From positions 1 to 46,967 of the forward strand of contig JBGPNP010000001.1 of the NCBI GenBank assembly GCA_041487575.1: DNA of 46,967 nt, given 5' to 3'. Below the pieces are notes generated by a model. It made no database searches and was not told the DNA's origin. It saw nothing but the letters and a program-made list of their open reading frames with translations. Position numbers and translations under genes: made by a program. This document shows positions 43,473 to 46,967 of this stretch, in pieces (the first letter of the stretch is position 1; each line of letters begins with the position of its first letter). Source of the stretch: Gaiellaceae bacterium (GTDB lineage Bacteria; Actinomycetota; Thermoleophilia; Gaiellales; Gaiellaceae).

Positions 43473-45161
43473 ATGGGCGTCCTCGTCGGCATCGCCTTCG
43501 TCGCCGGAATCGTCACGGCGATCTCGCCCTGCGTTCTGCCCGTGCTCCCGATCGTCTTCGCGGGGAGCGCCACCGGCTCGCGGCGGCGGCCGTACGCCGT
43601 CGTCGCCGGCCTCGTCGCCAGCTTCACCGCGTTCACGCTCGCGACGACCGCGCTCGTGCGAGCGCTCGGCCTCCCGGACGACCTCCTCCGCAATATCGCC
43701 ATCGGCGTCGTCCTGGTGATGGCGCTCGCCCTCGTCTTCCCACGGCTGGCCGGGACCCTCGAGCGGCCCTTCCTGGTGCTCGGCCGCCGGCGCCCCGCCG
43801 ACGCCGGCGGCGGTTTCGTCCTCGGCCTCTCGCTTGGCCTCCTCTTCACGCCGTGCGCCGGCCCGGTGATCGCGACGATCGCGACGCTGGCCGCGACGCA
43901 GCGCTTCTCAGTCGACGCCGTCCTCGTCACGCTCGCCTACGCGCTCGGTGCCGGTGCCGTCCTCCTGCCGCTTGCGATCGCGGCCCGCCGGGGCCTCGCG
44001 CTCCGCCCCCTCAAGGCGCGTGCGCCGGTCGTCCGCCGCGCGCTCGGCGTCGTGATCGCCGGCGCCGCCGTGGTCATGATCCTCGGCTACGATGCCCGCC
44101 TCGCCGCCCACGTCCCCGGCTACACGCACGCGCTCCAGGGCCTCGAGGAGAGCGCCGGCGCGCAGACGAGGCTCCTGAAGCTGCGCGGCGCGGCGCCGAT
44201 CGTCCTCGTCGCGAACGGGCGGTCGATTGAGCAGACCCTTTCCGGGCTCGCGCCGCCGCCGCCCGAGGCGGAGCTGCAGGACTACGGCGAGGCGCCCGAC
44301 TTCCAGAACGTCACCCTCTGGCTGAACTCGAAGCCGCTGACGCTCGGAGAGCTCCGCGGAAAGGTCGTCCTCATCGACTTCTGGACGTACTCGTGCGTCA
44401 ACTGCCTGCGGACGCTCCCGCACGTCAAGGGCTGGTGGCAGACGTACAAGGGCGACGGCCTCGTCGTCGTCGGCGTCCACACGCCCGAGTTCCGGTTCGA
44501 GCACGACCCGGGGAACGTCCGACGCGCCGTCCGCGAGCTCGGCGTCACTTACCCCGTGGCGCTGGACAACGACTACGGCACGTGGAACGCCTGGGGCAAC
44601 CTCTACTGGCCGGCCAAGTACTTCATCGACCGGCAGGGCCACGTCCGCTATGTCCACTTCGGCGAGGGCGACTACGGGAAGGCCGAGCAGGTGATCCGCC
44701 GGCTCCTCGCCGAGCCGGGCCTCCCGCCCCCGGTGTCGCCGGCGCTCGGAGACCAGACGCCGACCGAGCCGTTGACGCCAGAGACCTACCTCGGCTACGA
44801 GCGGCTGGCGAACTTCGCCGGCTCGTCGATCGTCCCCGACCGGGAGAGCGAGTACGAGCTCCCGGCGACGCTCCCGGAGGACGACGTCGCCTACGGCGGC
44901 CGCTGGACGGTCGAGAAGGAGCGGATCGTCGCCGGCCGCGGCGCCCGCCTGCGCCTCCACTACCGCGCGCACGACGTCTACCTCGTCCTCGGCGGATCCG
45001 GCACCGTCGAGGTGCTCGTCGACGGAAAGGCGCTCCGCACGGTGCGCGTGGCCGAGGACAAGCTCTACACGCTGGTCGAGGCGACCGGGAAAGCGGCCGA
45101 CCACATGCTCGAGCTTCGCTTCTCGCCCGGGGTGGAGGCGTACGCCTCCACATTCGGGTAG
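43473..45161 (+). CDS. dipZ: DipZ-type protein: CcdA/DsbD-like membrane domain fused to a thioredoxin-like (TlpA/redoxin) domain and a C-terminal beta domain
   Basis: N-terminal AISPCVLPVLP, a second FTPCAGPV motif, and redoxin motif WTYSCVNCLR. Confidence 0.88.
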   Translation: MGVLVGIAFVAGIVTAISPCVLPVLPIVFAGSATGSRRRPYAVVAGLVASFTAFTLATTALVRALGLPDDLLRNIAIGVVLVMALALVFPRLAGTLERPFLVLGRRRPADAGGGFVLGLSLGLLFTPCAGPVIATIATLAATQRFSVDAVLVTLAYALGAGAVLLPLAIAARRGLALRPLKARAPVVRRALGVVIAGAAVVMILGYDARLAAHVPGYTHALQGLEESAGAQTRLLKLRGAAPIVLVANGRSIEQTLSGLAPPPPEAELQDYGEAPDFQNVTLWLNSKPLTLGELRGKVVLIDFWTYSCVNCLRTLPHVKGWWQTYKGDGLVVVGVHTPEFRFEHDPGNVRRAVRELGVTYPVALDNDYGTWNAWGNLYWPAKYFIDRQGHVRYVHFGEGDYGKAEQVIRRLLAEPGLPPPVSPALGDQTPTEPLTPETYLGYERLANFAGSSIVPDRESEYELPATLPEDDVAYGGRWTVEKERIVAGRGARLRLHYRAHDVYLVLGGSGTVEVLVDGKALRTVRVAEDKLYTLVEATGKAADHMLELRFSPGVEAYASTFG

Positions 45162-45176
45162 ACCCGACCGCGATCC

Positions 45177-46019
45177 TTACGGCTCGTCCCGCTCCTCGCC
45201 CTCCCGGCGGCGCTCCTCGTGCTCCTTGAGGAAGCGGGTCAGCTCCTCCGCGAGCGAGTCGCCCGAGGGCATCTCGAGCTCTTCGCCCATCGCGTCGCGC
45301 CGGCGCTCGAGCTCCTGGACGTACTGCTGCGTCTCGTCGTCGGCCGAGACGACCTGGCTCACCTGCCGCTCGTACGCATCGGCGGCGCGCTCGAGGTCAG
45401 AGAGGTCGAGCTCGGCTTGGAGGAGGGAGGCGAGCCGGCTACAGAGCGCGAGCGCGGCCCGCGGGCTCGCGATCAGCGACGCGTAGTGCGGCACGGCCGC
45501 CCACAAGCTCGCGGAGGGGAGTCCGGCACGCCGGCAGGCGTCGTGGATGACGCCGACGATCCCGGTCGGCCCTTCGTAGCGCGAGGCCGCGAGGCCGAGC
45601 TCGTCGACGAGCTTGGGGTCGGTCGCGGAGCCGGTCACGGGGGCCGGGCGCGTGTGCGGCACGTCCGCGAGGAGCGAGCCGAGCGTGACGACGAGCTCGG
45701 TGCCGACCTCTTGGGCAAGCTCGATGATCTCGCCGGTGAAGGTCCGCCAGTGCGTGTTGGGCTCGACACCGAGGAGGACGACGGCGTCGCGGCCGGCGCC
45801 CGGGATCTCCGCATGGAAGAAGGCGTTCTCCGGCCAGTCGATCCGCCGCGTCATCCCCTCCTCGAGGGCGACGTGCGGGCGAACGGCCTGGAAGTCGTAG
45901 AAGTTCTCCGGGTCGAGGCCGGCGAACCGCTCGGCGCCCCACGCTTGCGCGATCACGCTCGCCGCGAGTGAGGCCCCCTGGGCGCCGTCGTTCCACCCCC
46001 TGAAGGCGGCGATGAGCAC
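45177..46019 (-). CDS. PAC2 (proteasome assembly chaperone 2-like) family protein
   Basis: LIAAFRGWNDGAQGAS motif. The conserved sequence EHLRIDSLPALRRP continues in frame upstream of the GTG at 46019, so the true start is probably further 5'. Confidence 0.8.
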   Translation of the reverse strand: MLIAAFRGWNDGAQGASLAASVIAQAWGAERFAGLDPENFYDFQAVRPHVALEEGMTRRIDWPENAFFHAEIPGAGRDAVVLLGVEPNTHWRTFTGEIIELAQEVGTELVVTLGSLLADVPHTRPAPVTGSATDPKLVDELGLAASRYEGPTGIVGVIHDACRRAGLPSASLWAAVPHYASLIASPRAALALCSRLASLLQAELDLSDLERAADAYERQVSQVVSADDETQQYVQELERRRDAMGEELEMPSGDSLAEELTRFLKEHEERRREGEERDEP

Positions 46020-46077
46020 GGGCCGGCGAAGCGCCGGGAGGCTGTCGATGCGGAGGTGCTCGCCGATGCCCGGCAGT

Positions 46078-46967
46078 CTACGTCCGGGCGCGGCGCTCGA
46101 CGAGGAGCCAGGCGAGAGCGACCACGGCCGCGAAAACCCCCGTCGCGAGCGCGACGTGAACGAGAACGAGCCACCACGGCAGATGCGTCCGGTACTGCGT
46201 CTCGCCCACGGCCGCCTGCGCGAGCAGGAGCCCTAGCACGCCGAGGGCGAGCCGAAGCTCGGGTCGCACCGCCTCGCCGAGCCGGTAGAGCCAAACGAGG
46301 AGCAGAAGGAACCCGATCCCGAAGACGGCGCTCGCCCGGACGTGGACGTAGACGGCGTCGTGAAAGCTCCCGAAACGGCGGACGCCGACGCTGCCGGAGT
46401 GCGGGCCGGCCGCCGTCACGAACGCGCCCGTGACGACGAGGGCGAGCAGGACCGGCACAAGGGCGCCGCCGAGGAGCGCAAGGCGGGCGGGGACGGCGGA
46501 CGCCGACGCTCCCCCGGCGAACCTTCTGGCGCCGAGCACGACGGCGACGGCGAGCGCGACCGCGAGGAGCGAGAGGAGGAAGTGCCCCATGACGATGAGC
46601 GGGTGGAGATCCACGAGGACGGTGATGCCGCCGAGGACGCCCTGTAGGAGGATCGTCCCCGGAAGAGCGACGGCGCCCCAGAAGAGCCATCTCGGCAGCC
46701 CGCGCACGCGCCAGGCGCCGAGGGCGGCGAGGAGCGAGACGAGGCCGACCGCGACGCCGACGCCGCGGTTCGAGAACTCGATGAGCGAGTGGAAGCTCTT
46801 CGGCGGCAGGAACGTGTCGCCGCAGCGTGGCCAGTTGGTGCAGCCGAGCCCCGAGCCGGTCAAGCGCACCGTCGCGCCCGTGACCGTGACGACGAACATC
46901 GCCGCGAGCGCGGCCCAGGCGAGCCCGACGAACGCACGCGGCGAGACGGCCGGCAGGCGAGCCCGGG
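46078..46967 (-). CDS. ctaA: heme A synthase (COX15/CtaA), 5' end outside the window
   Basis: VRLTGSGLGCTNWPRCG motif and multiple TM helices with conserved His residues. The frame stays open to the window edge. Confidence 0.88.
   Translation of the reverse strand, partial: RARLPAVSPRAFVGLAWAALAAMFVVTVTGATVRLTGSGLGCTNWPRCGDTFLPPKSFHSLIEFSNRGVGVAVGLVSLLAALGAWRVRGLPRWLFWGAVALPGTILLQGVLGGITVLVDLHPLIVMGHFLLSLLAVALAVAVVLGARRFAGGASASAVPARLALLGGALVPVLLALVVTGAFVTAAGPHSGSVGVRRFGSFHDAVYVHVRASAVFGIGFLLLLVWLYRLGEAVRPELRLALGVLGLLLAQAAVGETQYRTHLPWWLVLVHVALATGVFAAVVALAWLLVERRART

Noticed and set aside
1-46967. CRISPR arrays, rRNA genes, transposases, prophage genes, toxin-antitoxin or restriction-modification modules
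   Set aside because: No regularly spaced direct repeats, rRNA-like conserved blocks, DDE/serine/tyrosine recombinase motifs or phage structural signatures were seen in any frame. The SF2 helicase at 40971..43433 has no adjacent methylase or nuclease partner.

Overview
High-GC (about 70%) actinobacterial-type chromosomal window; the exact taxon cannot be proven from sequence alone. Nearly all of it is coding. In order: (1) a COG0523/CobW GTPase with a small CxxC protein, divergent from a CE4-fold hydrolase, then a Nudix-like gene. (2) Two paralogous CUT1-type sugar ABC importers arranged divergently. Each has an SDR dehydrogenase. The second is fused to an M24 peptidase, a fumarate-lyase-superfamily enzyme and an enolase-superfamily enzyme, and a single MsiK/MalK-like ATPase lies convergent to it. 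(3) A VOC protein, a CapA-like protein and a TetR-MFS efflux pair. (4) A 495-aa coiled-coil protein and a DUF1800 gene remnant. (5) A roughly 10-kb monoderm-type tad/Flp pilus operon on the minus strand (21816-31777). Transcribed order: flp, flp, tadE-like, tadG-like, cpaB, tadZ, tadA, vWA-tadB fusion, tadC, third flp, RTX-repeat protein, polytopic membrane protein. (6) A VOC protein, an M20 amidohydrolase, a frameshifted cation-transporter pseudogene divergent from mntH, a thiolase/FadB-like pair, an SF2 helicase, DipZ, a PAC2 protein and partial CtaA. Most worth a second look: the uncharacterised three-gene tail of the tad operon; the vWA-TadB fusion; and a short repeated hairpin-plus-26-nt-box element, anchored on upstream stop codons, that appears both between the thiolase and fadB-like genes and at the 5' end of the tad-tail membrane protein gene. 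Three Flp prepilin genes lie below the 60-aa ORF-track cutoff and were found by hand translation. No rRNA, tRNA, CRISPR array, transposase or integrase was recognised.
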